Positions 10,763-19,940 of a stretch of 64,000 bases of DNA are shown here, in pieces. This stretch comes from an uncultured Candidatus Saccharibacteria bacterium (lineage in GTDB: Bacteria > Patescibacteriota > Saccharimonadia > Saccharimonadales > UBA10212). The position numbers were made by a program, and so were the translations under genes. The stretch is from assembly GCA_965231085.1 (NCBI GenBank), contig OZ246413.1, positions 155,991-219,990 on the forward strand, written 5' to 3'. Positions within the stretch are counted from its first letter, which is position 1, and each line of letters opens with the position of its first letter. The notes beneath the pieces were generated by a model, which saw nothing but the letters and a program-made list of their open reading frames with translations, was not told the DNA's origin and ran no database searches.

Positions 10763-12028
10763 ATGAAGCAACCTGCAGACCAAGACCCTATCAATAAACT
10801 TGGCTCAACCCCAACGAGGCCAGATACTATTACCAAGGCCAAGAGCATAATAGTTTCAAAAATGCCGACCCAGAAGATTAAGTTACAGGCTTGGCACCTT
10901 AAGTTCGCAACTGTAGCTATTGCCATGCTAGTTATCAGTATAGTGGGCGGATACTTTGGTGCTCGTATTTATGATCATGGTGCTGGTTCGCATAAATCCA
11001 CAGCCGTTAAGCAGCAATACATCTCTGATGAGAGTTCGTTGATAGCCAGCATAGCCAAAAATGTTGGCCAGAGCGTTGTATCAATTGACGCCCAGAGCCA
11101 AGATACAATCTTAAGCCCATTTGGTTTTGCTCAACCCTCGGCTCAAGAAAGTGCTGGCACGGGTTTTATTATCAGTGCCGACGGCATTATAGTAACCAAC
11201 CGCCACGTAGTGCCAGTAGGTACAACCAGCGTTAGTGTCGTGCTTGCAGACGGTACCAAGTTTGATAATGTTACGATTCTCGGCCGGACTTCAACCAGTA
11301 GTTCGCAAGACGTTGCCTTCTTAAAAATATCCGATCTTAAAGGTAAAACATTAGTTCCGGTCACCCTCGGTGATTCTTCTAAAGTTCAGGTTGGCGATAG
11401 GGTTATCGCTATTGGCAACGCCCTTGGGCAGTTTCAGAATACGGTAACGAGCGGTATTATTTCTGGCTATGGACGAGATGTAACAGCCGGTGATAGTAGT
11501 GGGCTGCTAGCCTCGGAGAGTCTAACTGATCTATTCCAAACCGATGCAGCGATCAACGAGGGCAACTCGGGCGGCCCGCTGGTCAATATAAATGGGGAGG
11601 TGGTTGGTATTAATACAGCTATCGCCAGCAATGCTCAAAACATTGGTTTTGCCCAACCAATTAACGACATTAAGGGGTTAGTAGCAAGCATATTGGGCAG
11701 CGGGACCTTGCAACAACCATTCCTAGGGGTTCGCTATATATCTTTAACAGATGATATTGCAGCGCAGCTTAATACAACTACCAAACGGGGAGCATATATC
11801 ACCTCTAACGACGGCAGTGCATCGGTTGTTGTCGGCAGTCCAGCCTACAACGCCGGTCTTAAAGACAAAGACATAATCGTTAAAGTTGATTCAGTATCCA
11901 TAGACGAAAAAACTAGCTTAACCAGCGCGCTTAGCCGACATAAGGTTGGTGATAAAGTTACTTTAACGATTGTTAGATCTGGCAAGACTATCAGTCTCAG
12001 CGCGACTCTTGCCGCTGCGAGTGATTAG
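10763..12028 (+). CDS. htrA: HtrA/DegP-type serine protease with PDZ domain
   Basis: TM anchor, trypsin-like core (TNRHV...GNSGGPLVN) and a C-terminal PDZ-like region. Confidence 0.8.
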   Translation: MKQPADQDPINKLGSTPTRPDTITKAKSIIVSKMPTQKIKLQAWHLKFATVAIAMLVISIVGGYFGARIYDHGAGSHKSTAVKQQYISDESSLIASIAKNVGQSVVSIDAQSQDTILSPFGFAQPSAQESAGTGFIISADGIIVTNRHVVPVGTTSVSVVLADGTKFDNVTILGRTSTSSSQDVAFLKISDLKGKTLVPVTLGDSSKVQVGDRVIAIGNALGQFQNTVTSGIISGYGRDVTAGDSSGLLASESLTDLFQTDAAINEGNSGGPLVNINGEVVGINTAIASNAQNIGFAQPINDIKGLVASILGSGTLQQPFLGVRYISLTDDIAAQLNTTTKRGAYITSNDGSASVVVGSPAYNAGLKDKDIIVKVDSVSIDEKTSLTSALSRHKVGDKVTLTIVRSGKTISLSATLAAASD

Positions 12029-12043
12029 AGACCAAAGCTAGTT

Positions 12044-13423
12044 TTACCTTAAATCCTCATACTGTGGTATCCAGTCTGAGTCAATCCTACCTTCAAGTCC
12101 ATTCGCTACGATTCGGGCGTTAACATAGACTGCTGTATTAGCCGCATCTCCGTCTCCTAGTGCTCTTACAATATTAAATAATTTCTGAAATCGTGGTTCG
12201 TCTGTATCCACCGACAAGGCTACTCTTGGTCTAATAAGGGGCGAAGAGTCAAAGTGATTGTCTTTAAGACTCAAGTAGGTGTTATTAATTACTATTTCAC
12301 CCCAAGTACTCATGATTTGATGGGCTAGTCTTCTATGGTCCATCCAGTCCACATAAAAAGCTTCACCCCGCATATGTTCTCGAAGCTCTGGTGGGCAAAT
12401 GTATATTTTCATATCTAGCCCAGTTTCTGGTGTTACCCCACGAGCTTCAAGAGCAACAACCGAATCTTGCGTTTGACTGATTTCGAAAGGCTTTCGAGGG
12501 TCAATAAGATGACCAGTTTTTAAGTATTGCAGAAAGTATAGCTCACCATCATCACCGTATTGCATTTCTATTAACGGGGCCTGTCTAGCATCAAATCTTG
12601 GCAAGGTTCTTATATCTTCATAAAATTGTATTACCCGTTCTATGTCCACTTCATTTTTGCCGTTATAAGGCATAATGGTTGTCTGATAATCAGCCGTGTC
12701 AATAATTACCCCTTGGCCGAAATTTCGTTCGCCCGTAAAGCCAAGATGATATCGGCCATCTACGCTAGGGTCTCTGAATACTCGAATGTTTGTGCCGGCT
12801 ACATATCTCCAAGTACTGACGTTTTCGTGACCCGTATAAAAATCAAGCTCTATACCCAATCGAGCGGCTTCAACAGTTAGCCTTTCGCTACTCCATACAA
12901 AAGTTCGCATATAGGTTACTGGATCAAACTCAAGAGTTTCCAGACCTTTGTATAGTTGTTCGGCTAATGCTTGCTTAAAGCTTAATCCTGAATTATCGAG
13001 TAAACCACCAACTATGTTGCCAAGTATATTTCTAGGGCTGATAACTCGACTATCTAATAGGCCCGAATAGCCATCGTAGTCTTGCGGCATTTCGCTACGC
13101 AGCATGGCCATACCGTTACGAAAAGCTGCTTGCCACTCCTCCATGTTTCTAATCAACGGCACAGGGAAACCTTGCTCGGCTACGTATAAGCCAATTTCAT
13201 ACTTCGGTCTTCGCGGGCGATATCTATCAAAGTAATCAAGGTTCGGGCTATCTATGTATTCTTGTCGTTCTTGGTCGATCGTATTTTGCTTTGCAAGTCT
13301 TTCTGCTAGAATCTCTGCTTCCACACGGACTGCTTCTTCATAGGGGAGCATTCCGGTTGCATAATACATCTCGAGATCAAAGTCGTCTTCTGTGCCATGC
13401 GGTGATTCTCCAAATATGCTCAT
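12044..13423 (-). CDS. Large hypothetical protein (ORFan); weak ATP-grasp / PEP-utilising-like stretch
   Basis: 459-aa ORF with backbone-like composition. Only a weak resemblance (IEMQYGDDGELYFLQYLKTG) to nucleotide-binding grasp folds. Confidence 0.5.
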   Translation of the reverse strand: MSIFGESPHGTEDDFDLEMYYATGMLPYEEAVRVEAEILAERLAKQNTIDQERQEYIDSPNLDYFDRYRPRRPKYEIGLYVAEQGFPVPLIRNMEEWQAAFRNGMAMLRSEMPQDYDGYSGLLDSRVISPRNILGNIVGGLLDNSGLSFKQALAEQLYKGLETLEFDPVTYMRTFVWSSERLTVEAARLGIELDFYTGHENVSTWRYVAGTNIRVFRDPSVDGRYHLGFTGERNFGQGVIIDTADYQTTIMPYNGKNEVDIERVIQFYEDIRTLPRFDARQAPLIEMQYGDDGELYFLQYLKTGHLIDPRKPFEISQTQDSVVALEARGVTPETGLDMKIYICPPELREHMRGEAFYVDWMDHRRLAHQIMSTWGEIVINNTYLSLKDNHFDSSPLIRPRVALSVDTDEPRFQKLFNIVRALGDGDAANTAVYVNARIVANGLEGRIDSDWIPQYEDLR

Positions 13424-13474
13424 ATGAAAGATTATCTAGCAACAACTGCTTATTGCAAGCTTGAGCACAATTGC

Positions 13475-14281
13475 TTAGTACTTAAAAACTTGGATAAAAT
13501 CCTGCTCGGTCCGAAGACTATACTTGGACTTGGTGGCTATCTGTTCTAATTTTTCATGTTGTGGGGGCAGAGATTCGGTCAGTATGTATTTTGGTTTATT
13601 TCGCATCGAGTCAATCTGAATGAACATTTTGCGGTACAGGTCTAAGCCGTCAGATCCTCCAAAGATAGCGACGCGGGGTTCCATAGCTGCCGCTTCGTTA
13701 ATTTGGTAATTATCCGGCACGTAAGGTAGGTTGGCGAGAATTACTGCTGCCTCGCTATTTTTAGTTAAAACAGGTTGCATCAAATCACCTTCGTGAAACT
13801 CAAGCTCTACTTTGTGGTCTTTGGCGTTCTGTTTAGCAACCGAAAGGCACTTTGAGTCAATATCAATGGCCACAACTTTTGATCTAGGTATTTCTAATTT
13901 GGCGGTTATAGCTAGGGCACCGGAACCTGTGCCGACGTCCACAATCACCTGTTTTGCTGGTAGATCCAGACTTAACAATAGTTCGATCATAGTTTCAGAT
14001 TCGGGTCGGGGCTCGAGTACATCTTTGTTAACAATAAATTTACGTCCATAAAACTCGGTAAATCCACGAATATAGGCCAGTGGTTCATGCTTAGCACGCC
14101 GAGCGATTTTTTTATTGAGTTCATTTACGTCCGCGATTTCTTCGTTTGGGTGAGCCAGAATATAGGCTCGGTCTTTATTAATCGCGTCTTCAAGCAGGAT
14201 TAAGCTATCAAGCCGAGCCGAGCCAATGCCAGACGCTTCCAATTTCTTGGTAGCTGCAGTAACCCAGTCTTTAACTTTCAT
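13475..14281 (-). CDS. prmC: Release-factor glutamine N5-methyltransferase
   Basis: SAM motif [12 protein letters not shown] and an NLPY catalytic motif. Overlaps and follows prfA. Confidence 0.85.
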   Translation of the reverse strand: MKVKDWVTAATKKLEASGIGSARLDSLILLEDAINKDRAYILAHPNEEIADVNELNKKIARRAKHEPLAYIRGFTEFYGRKFIVNKDVLEPRPESETMIELLLSLDLPAKQVIVDVGTGSGALAITAKLEIPRSKVVAIDIDSKCLSVAKQNAKDHKVELEFHEGDLMQPVLTKNSEAAVILANLPYVPDNYQINEAAAMEPRVAIFGGSDGLDLYRKMFIQIDSMRNKPKYILTESLPPQHEKLEQIATKSKYSLRTEQDFIQVFKY

Positions 14282-15326
14282 CTTTAATAGCTTGGCGTTC
14301 AGCGTTTTGCATCTGCTGAATTAGATCATTAATATCGCCGTCTAGAGCTGCCGGAATATTGCTGCGGCTATAACCAATACGGTGGTCGGTTATGCGGTCC
14401 TGCGGGAAGTTATAAGTTCTAATTTTTTCGCTTCTATCGCCGGAGCCAATCAGTTTAAGTCGGTCTGCTGATAAGGCCTTTTGTTCTTCTTCAATCTTAT
14501 TTTGGAGCAAGCGCGACCTAAGCACGGTCATAGCTTTAGCCTTATTTTTAATTTGGCTTTTCTCGTCTTGCTGGCTAACTACAATACCGGTTGGTAGGTG
14601 TGTGATACGAACTGCTGAGTCAGTGGTGTTAACCGACTGGCCGCCGTGGCCGCCGGCGCGAAAGACGTCAATGCGCAGGTCCGCCGGGTTAATTTCTATA
14701 TCAGTTTCTTCGGCTTCAGGCAGAACGGCGACGGTTGTAGTGCTGGTATGAATTCGGCCACTACTTTCGGTTACGGGGATTCTCTGTACACGATGAACGC
14801 CGGCCTCAAACTTCAAGTTTTTATAGGCGTCCGGTCCGTGAACTTCAAAAACAATTTCCTTAAAGCCACCAGCCTCTGATGGGCTCTCAGAGATAAGTTC
14901 TAGTTTGTAGTTATTCTTTTCGCACCAGCGAGCATACATGCGGTAGAGCTCACCGGCGAACAGGCTAGATTCATCGCCACCAGCCGCAGCCCGGATTTCA
15001 ATAATGCAGTCCCGCTCATCGTTAGGGTCTTTGGGCAGCAGAGCGTCTTGCAGCATTGCCTCGTTTATGCCGATCAGCTCTTCGGTTTTAGACAACTCTT
15101 CTTTGGCGAGTTCTGCCAGCTCACCCCCGGCGTTAACTAGTTCTTTATCGTCCTGAAGTTGTTTTGAGAGTCTATGTTTTTGATCAAATAGATCCAGAAT
15201 ACGGCCCAGCTCGGCTGCGCGTTTAGCAAGGCGGGGATAATCTTTTGACGAATATATAGCGGGATCCTCAAGTTTTGATTTGAGTTCTTGGTATTCGGCT
15301 CTTAAGTTAGCTTCTTTATGTTCCAT
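14271..15326 (-). CDS. prfA: Peptide chain release factor 1
   Basis: GGQ motif ([19 protein letters not shown]) and the RF1-type PVT tripeptide. Confidence 0.9.
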   Translation of the reverse strand: MEHKEANLRAEYQELKSKLEDPAIYSSKDYPRLAKRAAELGRILDLFDQKHRLSKQLQDDKELVNAGGELAELAKEELSKTEELIGINEAMLQDALLPKDPNDERDCIIEIRAAAGGDESSLFAGELYRMYARWCEKNNYKLELISESPSEAGGFKEIVFEVHGPDAYKNLKFEAGVHRVQRIPVTESSGRIHTSTTTVAVLPEAEETDIEINPADLRIDVFRAGGHGGQSVNTTDSAVRITHLPTGIVVSQQDEKSQIKNKAKAMTVLRSRLLQNKIEEEQKALSADRLKLIGSGDRSEKIRTYNFPQDRITDHRIGYSRSNIPAALDGDINDLIQQMQNAERQAIKDES

Positions 15327-15398
15327 ATGATTATTTATAGTTTATAAAAAACTTCCCAATATACCTAAAAGGCCAGGGAAGTTTTTTATTGTGTTTAG

Positions 15399-15746
15399 TT
15401 ACTCTTGAGTTGAGGGGGCGGCAGAACCAATTTTTTGAGTTTCGTCGATTTTCATCTTTTTAACTTTTGGTTTTGCGGCCAGTTTAGCCTCCTTAGCCTT
15501 TTTAGCAGCTTCGGCACGGGCTTTAAACTTATCTACTCGGCCTTCGACGTCCACAATACGCTCTTCACCAGTAAAGAATGGGTGACTAGAGCTAGAGATA
15601 TGTACTTTTACTAGAGGGTATTCAACACCGTCAAGAATAATAGTCTCATCTGTTGCAACAGTTGAGCGGGTAAGTATGGTTTTAGAGTCGTTCAGATCCT
15701 GAAAGACGACTGGGCGATAAGTTGTAGGATGTATTCCTTGTTTCAT
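15399..15746 (-). CDS. rpmE: 50S ribosomal protein L31 with a Lys/Ala-rich C-terminal tail
   Basis: Starts MKQGIHPTTYRPVVFQD and contains HPFFTG. Confidence 0.85.
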   Translation of the reverse strand: MKQGIHPTTYRPVVFQDLNDSKTILTRSTVATDETIILDGVEYPLVKVHISSSSHPFFTGEERIVDVEGRVDKFKARAEAAKKAKEAKLAAKPKVKKMKIDETQKIGSAAPSTQE

Positions 15747-15936
15747 AATTCCTGGTTAGTATACCTGTTTTACCTCTGTTGGTCAACACAGATACGGGCC
15801 ACTTGCAAAAAACACTTAACAGAGGTAGAATGGTTTCAGTATCAATTAAACAGTGCGGCGAATGACAATCCTCCCAGTAACTTCCGCGTAGGAAATACTA
15901 GGGTAATCGCCAAACAATGAGGAAGGATTAGAGATT

Positions 15937-16698
15937 ATGGCTACAAGTGTAGACATTAAACAACTATTAGAAGCTGGGGCGCATTTTGGCCACCAGACCA
16001 GCCGTTGGCACCCTAAAATGGCGCCGTTTATTCACAGTAAGCGTGAAGGCACACATATTATCGATTTAGTTAAAACTGTTGAAGCTTTAGACAAAGCCCT
16101 GCCGTTTTTAACCGAGACTGCTGCAGCTGGTAAGCAAATATTGCTAGTTAGCACTAAACGCCAGGCAAAAGACAAAATTAAGGAAGTGGCGCTAGCTACA
16201 AATATGCCGTACGTCAGCGAGCGATGGCTGGGCGGTATGCTAACTAACGTCAATACTATTACTGGCCGAATCAAGCATCTCAAAGATCTTGAGAGTCGTA
16301 TGATTAGCGGTGAGCTAGAAAACCGTTATTCGAAACTTGAAGTTCAGCGCTTCCAAGAAGAAATTGACGAAATGAACCGCATCTACGGAGGCATAAAAGA
16401 TCTAGCTGTCAAACCCGGTGCTGTATTTGTAGCCGACGTGCTTAATGACATTAATGTTGTCCGTGAAGCTAACAAACTTGGCATTCCAGTTGTAGCACTG
16501 GTAGACACTAATGCCGATCCAACCCTTATCAACTATCCGATTCCATGCAACGACGATGCAATCAAGGCAATCAACTTAGTACTTGGTTACGTTCAGGCTG
16601 CTATCGAGGAAGGCAAAAATAAAACCAAAAAAGTTGAGAAAGTCGATAAAATAGAAGAGAAGGTTGAAGACAAGAAGGAAGGGGAGGGCGACAAATAA
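15937..16698 (+). CDS. rpsB: 30S ribosomal protein S2
   Basis: LLEAGAHFGHQTSRWHPKM motif, with tsf immediately downstream. Confidence 0.9.
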   Translation: MATSVDIKQLLEAGAHFGHQTSRWHPKMAPFIHSKREGTHIIDLVKTVEALDKALPFLTETAAAGKQILLVSTKRQAKDKIKEVALATNMPYVSERWLGGMLTNVNTITGRIKHLKDLESRMISGELENRYSKLEVQRFQEEIDEMNRIYGGIKDLAVKPGAVFVADVLNDINVVREANKLGIPVVALVDTNADPTLINYPIPCNDDAIKAINLVLGYVQAAIEEGKNKTKKVEKVDKIEEKVEDKKEGEGDK

Positions 16699-16699
16699 A

Positions 16700-17299
16700 A
16701 TGGCCGATGTATCACTAGAAGATATTAAACGATTGCGCGAACTGACAGGCGTAGGTATTACCGATGCTAAGCAGGCACTAGTAGACTCTAAGGGCGACTT
16801 TGACGTAGCCCTCAAGGAAATGCGCAAAAAAGGCTTAACCAAGGCCGAAAAACGCGGTGAGCGCGAGGCCCGCAGCGGTATGATTGGCAGCTACGTGCAC
16901 GATGGCCGTATTGGCGTACTGGTAGAAGTAAACTGTGAAACCGACTTTGTAGCCCGTAACGAAAACTTCACTGATCTTGTCAAAGATTTGACTTTGCACA
17001 TTGCTGCTAGCGCACCTGAGTTTGTGAGCGCAGATGATATCCCAGCTGACGTTAAAAAAGCCGCCGAAGCTGAGTTTACCGAAAAAGCCAAAGCCGACGG
17101 TAAGCCAGAAGCTATGATCCCTCAAATTGTTGAAGGCATGCTAAAGAAACACTTTGTTGAAAAGTGTTTACTAGACCAGCCTTTTATCAAAAATCCTGAC
17201 CAAACAGTTGACCAAGTAGTTAAAGAAGCTATCGCTAAACTCGGTGAGAATATTGTAGTTAGACGCTTTAGCCGAATGGTTATCGGCGAAGTAAATTAA
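16700..17299 (+). CDS. tsf: Elongation factor Ts (short form)
   Basis: ATG at 16700 gives MADVSLEDIKRLRELTGVGITDAKQAL. The upstream extension of the tracked ORF overlaps rpsB. Confidence 0.85.
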   Translation: MADVSLEDIKRLRELTGVGITDAKQALVDSKGDFDVALKEMRKKGLTKAEKRGEREARSGMIGSYVHDGRIGVLVEVNCETDFVARNENFTDLVKDLTLHIAASAPEFVSADDIPADVKKAAEAEFTEKAKADGKPEAMIPQIVEGMLKKHFVEKCLLDQPFIKNPDQTVDQVVKEAIAKLGENIVVRRFSRMVIGEVN

Positions 17300-17323
17300 T
17301 TTAAACAGACCGTAGCTACTAGC

Positions 17324-17347
17324 AAAACCGCCGAAAGGCGGTTTTTT
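17324..17347 (+). terminator. Intrinsic terminator after tsf
   Basis: Reads aaaaccgcc-gaaa-ggcggtttttt. Confidence 0.8.
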
Positions 17348-17382
17348 GTTAATATGTTAATATCTATCTAGTTAGAATAAAA

Positions 17383-18129
17383 ATGACAGAAATAAACTAT
17401 CCAGATATAGGCGTAGAACCAACCTTACAGGAGGCACAAACTGGTTCGTCTATAGGCGAGGTCAACCGCGATCTCTTGGCCCCTACAAATTCGAGACTGG
17501 GGCTTTTGGATATTTATGAAGCTGCAACAAGATCGAATCCTACTCTTAAAAGAGTGAGGGTTGTACCCATAGATCCTAGCGATAAAAGTAGAATTGGTTG
17601 TGCTAAAAATGGCTTTCAGGATGGGGATGGTGTACACAGTGTATTTATAAATATGAGTCCAGCAGGCTTAGAGTTGGCTCGCCACCACCTAGTAGATGAT
17701 AAGTTTCCTGTTCAGTTGATTGCAGAGATGGTGGGGTCTGAGCTCGAGGATTTTACGCCTGAAAATTTGATACGTTTTATGTTTGCTCACGAATTAGGAC
17801 ACACATTATTCTACGAACAATTTACAGATAACCCCTCAGAATATAAAAAGCTTACAGACTTTGAATTTTCCAAATTACCTATTCCAAACGTTAGGGCGTC
17901 ATGGCTTACGACAGATGAGGGTAGAAAGTGGGTAGCAGAAAACTGGCAAGCAATTCAACACAATCTAGGAGTATCAACGTTTGATGAGCTTGTAAGTAGG
18001 CAGGCCAGAGCATATCGCCAAATGAGACAAGAAAGATTTGCTGATGATTTTGCTATCAAGTTGCTTGGAAAACAAAAAGGTAAGAGAGAAGTAACGCGAA
18101 ATAAACTTGCGAAACTTCTGAGACGTTAG
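17383..18129 (+). CDS. Hypothetical protein with HExxH zinc-metallopeptidase-like motif
   Basis: 248 aa with FAHELGHTLFYE and no other recognisable domain. Confidence 0.5.
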   Translation: MTEINYPDIGVEPTLQEAQTGSSIGEVNRDLLAPTNSRLGLLDIYEAATRSNPTLKRVRVVPIDPSDKSRIGCAKNGFQDGDGVHSVFINMSPAGLELARHHLVDDKFPVQLIAEMVGSELEDFTPENLIRFMFAHELGHTLFYEQFTDNPSEYKKLTDFEFSKLPIPNVRASWLTTDEGRKWVAENWQAIQHNLGVSTFDELVSRQARAYRQMRQERFADDFAIKLLGKQKGKREVTRNKLAKLLRR

Positions 18130-18325
18130 CGATTTAATCAAATAGTAGAATAAATACTTAACTAGTTGAGTAATTTTAAGATATTAAAATACCCAGCACC
18201 AAAACTTGATATTACATAATCTGATTACAGACTACTTCATTCATGTTTTAGAGCTGGGCTAAGTCGCGGAGTGCAGCCAAGCGAGCAAGTTAATGCTACA
18301 AGCCTTTGCGGCGCACATGCCGCTG

Positions 18326-18356
18326 ACCGACGCGAACTCCACAGGTTCGCGTCGGT
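18326..18356. repeat. I1 hairpin family, copy 4 (12-bp stem accgacgcgaac/gttcgcgtcggt)
   Basis: Lies just downstream of I1-g and shares the CGACGCGA...TCGCGTCG core. Confidence 0.7.
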
Positions 18357-18372
18357 TGTTGATCATCTGGAA

Positions 18373-18486
18373 TCAGCGCTTCACGAAGTGACGCCTGGTT
18401 GCCCAGAGGTTGCACCACACGTCACTGCTGAGCTTGATCCCACCGAAGATGGCGATGAGAGCGAGCACACCATCCAGGTCTGACAT
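18373..18486 (-). CDS. I1-g micro-protein (37 aa; below the ORF-track cutoff)
   Basis: ATG 5 nt after GGGAGG. My translation is MSDLDGVLALIAIFGGIKLSSDVWCNLWATRRHFVKR. Confidence 0.5.
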   Translation of the reverse strand: MSDLDGVLALIAIFGGIKLSSDVWCNLWATRRHFVKR

Positions 18487-18508
18487 GTGATCCTCCCATT
18501 TGTTGTTT

Positions 18509-18544
18509 CGACGCGAGTTTCGAATGACCCCGCGTCGGGTGGAC
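18509..18544. repeat. I1 hairpin family, copy 3 (36-nt unit)
   Basis: Matches the 18763..18798 unit at 33 of 36 positions by hand alignment. Sits between I1-f and I1-g. Confidence 0.75.
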
Positions 18545-18553
18545 GAACTTGTC

Positions 18554-18721
18554 TCATCCCGGGGGGTTGAGGAAGTTGAGCCCCGAGAACGTGGCCACTG
18601 TCAGGGCCCCCAGCATCACGAAAAACATGAGCCGGGCCAACCATTTCCTCCTGACGGTTAGTCCGCGTAGGACGAGTCCGCAGAACAGGATGAACGTGAG
18701 TAGTGCGATGACTCCGCTCAT
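18554..18721 (-). CDS. I1-f small membrane protein (55 aa)
   Basis: Internal ATG (M44 of the 98-aa tracked ORF) preceded by aaggaag. Two hydrophobic segments. Confidence 0.55.
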   Translation of the reverse strand: MSGVIALLTFILFCGLVLRGLTVRRKWLARLMFFVMLGALTVATFSGLNFLNPPG

Positions 18722-18762
18722 GACACGGGCCTCTGCTTCCTTTCTTGGCCGAAGCCGGTTGC

Positions 18763-18798
18763 CGACGCGAGTTCCGGATGACCTCGCGTCGGGTGGAC
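18763..18798. repeat. I1 hairpin family, copy 2 (36-nt unit)
   Basis: Reads cgacgcgagttccggatgacctcgcgtcgggtggac, between I1-e and I1-f. Confidence 0.75.
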
Positions 18799-18806
18799 CG
18801 TGTGGT

Positions 18807-18944
18807 TCAGGTCTTCGATCTCGGTCGGGGCGGTCTTGGGCTGCTACCACGCGCGTGGATGAGGCAGACCCAAACCAAAGCCAAAGTCGCGATGACGATG
18901 GAGATGATGAGGGTGATGGTCAGGACTGCGAGGAGCACGCTCAT
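18807..18944 (-). CDS. I1-e micro-protein (45 aa; below the ORF-track cutoff)
   Basis: Its ATG overlaps the I1-d stop as ATGA. My translation is MSVLLAVLTITLIISIVIATLALVWVCLIHARGSSPRPPRPRSKT, i.e. one TM segment plus a Pro/Arg tail. Confidence 0.45.
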   Translation of the reverse strand: MSVLLAVLTITLIISIVIATLALVWVCLIHARGSSPRPPRPRSKT

Positions 18945-19096
18945 GACCCGTGCTTCTGCTTCTCCAGCTCGTCCTCCCTGAGAAGCTGGATGCCGGTGTA
19001 CAGCAGGCAGAGGAGAGCGACGATCACGAGCACGGCTTCACCGACTCCCCAGCCGACCTTGCTCCAGTTGATGCTGGCAACGATTAGCGTGTACAA
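18941..19096 (-). CDS. I1-d small membrane protein (about 51 aa; start uncertain)
   Basis: TTG at 19096 lies 4 nt after AAGGAG. The alternative ATG at 19132 sits inside a hairpin. One TM segment plus a charged tail (EDELEKQKHGS). Confidence 0.45.
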   Translation of the reverse strand: MYTLIVASINWSKVGWGVGEAVLVIVALLCLLYTGIQLLREDELEKQKHGS

Positions 19097-19116
19097 GGGG
19101 CTCCTTTCCGGTTCGC

Positions 19117-19134
19117 CGATGCGAACTCGCATCG
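19117..19134. repeat. I1 hairpin family, copy 1 (variant cgatgcg-aact-cgcatcg)
   Basis: 7-bp stem between I1-c and I1-d. Confidence 0.55.
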
Positions 19135-19151
19135 AGCGCTAGTGGATGCAG

Positions 19152-19382
19152 CTAGCCGTAGATGGTGCCGGCTGCGATGAGGGCCAGGAATTCTGCGAAG
19201 GCGGTGAGAACCGCGAAGAGCACGCCGGCACCATTTGCCGACGACTCATGCATCCCCGCCAGCCTAGCGACTCCGTAGGCGATGTACATCACTGCGAAGG
19301 GCAGAAGGCAGGCGCCCACCAGGATTCCGAAGAAAGCAAGGATCTTGGCGTCACCTCCCATGGCGATGAGCATTCCGAGCAT
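19152..19382 (-). CDS. I1-c small membrane protein (76 aa)
   Basis: ATG preceded by gaaagga. Two to three hydrophobic segments. Confidence 0.6.
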   Translation of the reverse strand: MLGMLIAMGGDAKILAFFGILVGACLLPFAVMYIAYGVARLAGMHESSANGAGVLFAVLTAFAEFLALIAAGTIYG

Positions 19383-19403
19383 CGGAGAGTTTCCTTTCTC
19401 GGC

Positions 19404-19610
19404 TTAGAGCCGCATGATGCCGTAGATGGCGCCGAACACGAACGCGGCGCAGATCAGAGCCAGGCACAGGGCGAACAGTCGTCCGAGCACTGTGCCTAGG
19501 TCTCCCTTGCAGTAGGCCCGGTACTCGAAGGTCTCGAACACCCTGTTGAGCGTAAGGCCCGTAAAGGCCAGGGCGACTAGGCCCAGAGCCACTTGAGCGA
19601 CATAGTTCAT
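19404..19610 (-). CDS. I1-b small membrane protein (68 aa)
   Basis: ATG 7 nt after GGGAGG, with two hydrophobic segments. Confidence 0.65.
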   Translation of the reverse strand: MNYVAQVALGLVALAFTGLTLNRVFETFEYRAYCKGDLGTVLGRLFALCLALICAAFVFGAIYGIMRL

Positions 19611-19622
19611 CGTATAGCCTCC

Positions 19623-19817
19623 CTACCAGGCGACGAAGGATGCGCCGACGAAGAAGCCTGTGATAACGACTCCTCCAACGACGAAGTAGATCTTCTTGCG
19701 GGTCTTGGCTACCGTCCACGTGGCCAATGTCGTGGCGAGCACGGACACACCGGCTGCTGCCCAAAGGGCTCCGGCTTTCTCAGTCACGTGGATCTGGCTT
19801 AGCAAGTAAGCAAACAC
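19623..19817 (-). CDS. I1-a small membrane protein (64 aa, 2 hydrophobic segments)
   Basis: GTG start 4 nt after GGAGG, GC3-rich codons, and its stop lies inside the SD of the next ORF. Confidence 0.6.
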   Translation of the reverse strand: MFAYLLSQIHVTEKAGALWAAAGVSVLATTLATWTVAKTRKKIYFVVGGVVITGFFVGASFVAW

Positions 19818-19883
19818 TTAACCTCCAGGTGAAGGTACGGGGACTAGCCCCGCACAAAGCGCAGGGCAAAATCCGATTAGCAG

Positions 19884-19912
19884 ATTATACAATCTTAACT
19901 TACTTTTATCAA
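19884..19912 (-). promoter_or_regulatory. Sigma70-like promoter for the I1 operon
   Basis: Minus strand reads TTGATA-N17-TATAAT. It is divergent from frr. Confidence 0.55.
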
Positions 19913-19940
19913 CGAATAGATTATGAGATATAATAGGCAC

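Larger units (their letters stand above)
18252..19870 (-). other. High-GC cassette I1: operon of seven micro-ORFs
   Basis: Abrupt composition step from AT-rich flanks. All convincing ORFs lie on the minus strand. Confidence 0.8.

Noticed and set aside
15850-15936. Possible SD-sequestering leader upstream of rpsB (tcctccc against gaggaagga)
   Set aside because: The pairings are short (5-6 bp) and imperfect, so there is not enough evidence without covariation.
18326-19134. Possibility that the I1 hairpin repeats form a CRISPR array
   Set aside because: There are only four copies, with irregular spacing (about 150-320 bp) and variable sequence. The intervening 'spacers' are SD-led ORFs, and no cas genes are present.
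18271-19802. Plus-strand and alternative-frame ORFs inside I1 (18271..18483, 18381..18644, 18549..19142, 18745..18981, 19146..19499, 19351..19764, 19593..19802)
   Set aside because: Their products are low-complexity Arg/Pro/Ser/Asp-rich strings with no SD. They overlap the SD-led hydrophobic minus-strand ORFs. Long stop-free frames are expected by chance in roughly 68% GC DNA.
18216-19888. 8-bp inverted match (ATAATCTG / CAGATTAT) flanking I1 as possible terminal repeats
   Set aside because: An 8-mer inverted match between two flanks of about 100 nt is expected by chance roughly 15% of the time. It also overlaps the -10 box and does not extend.
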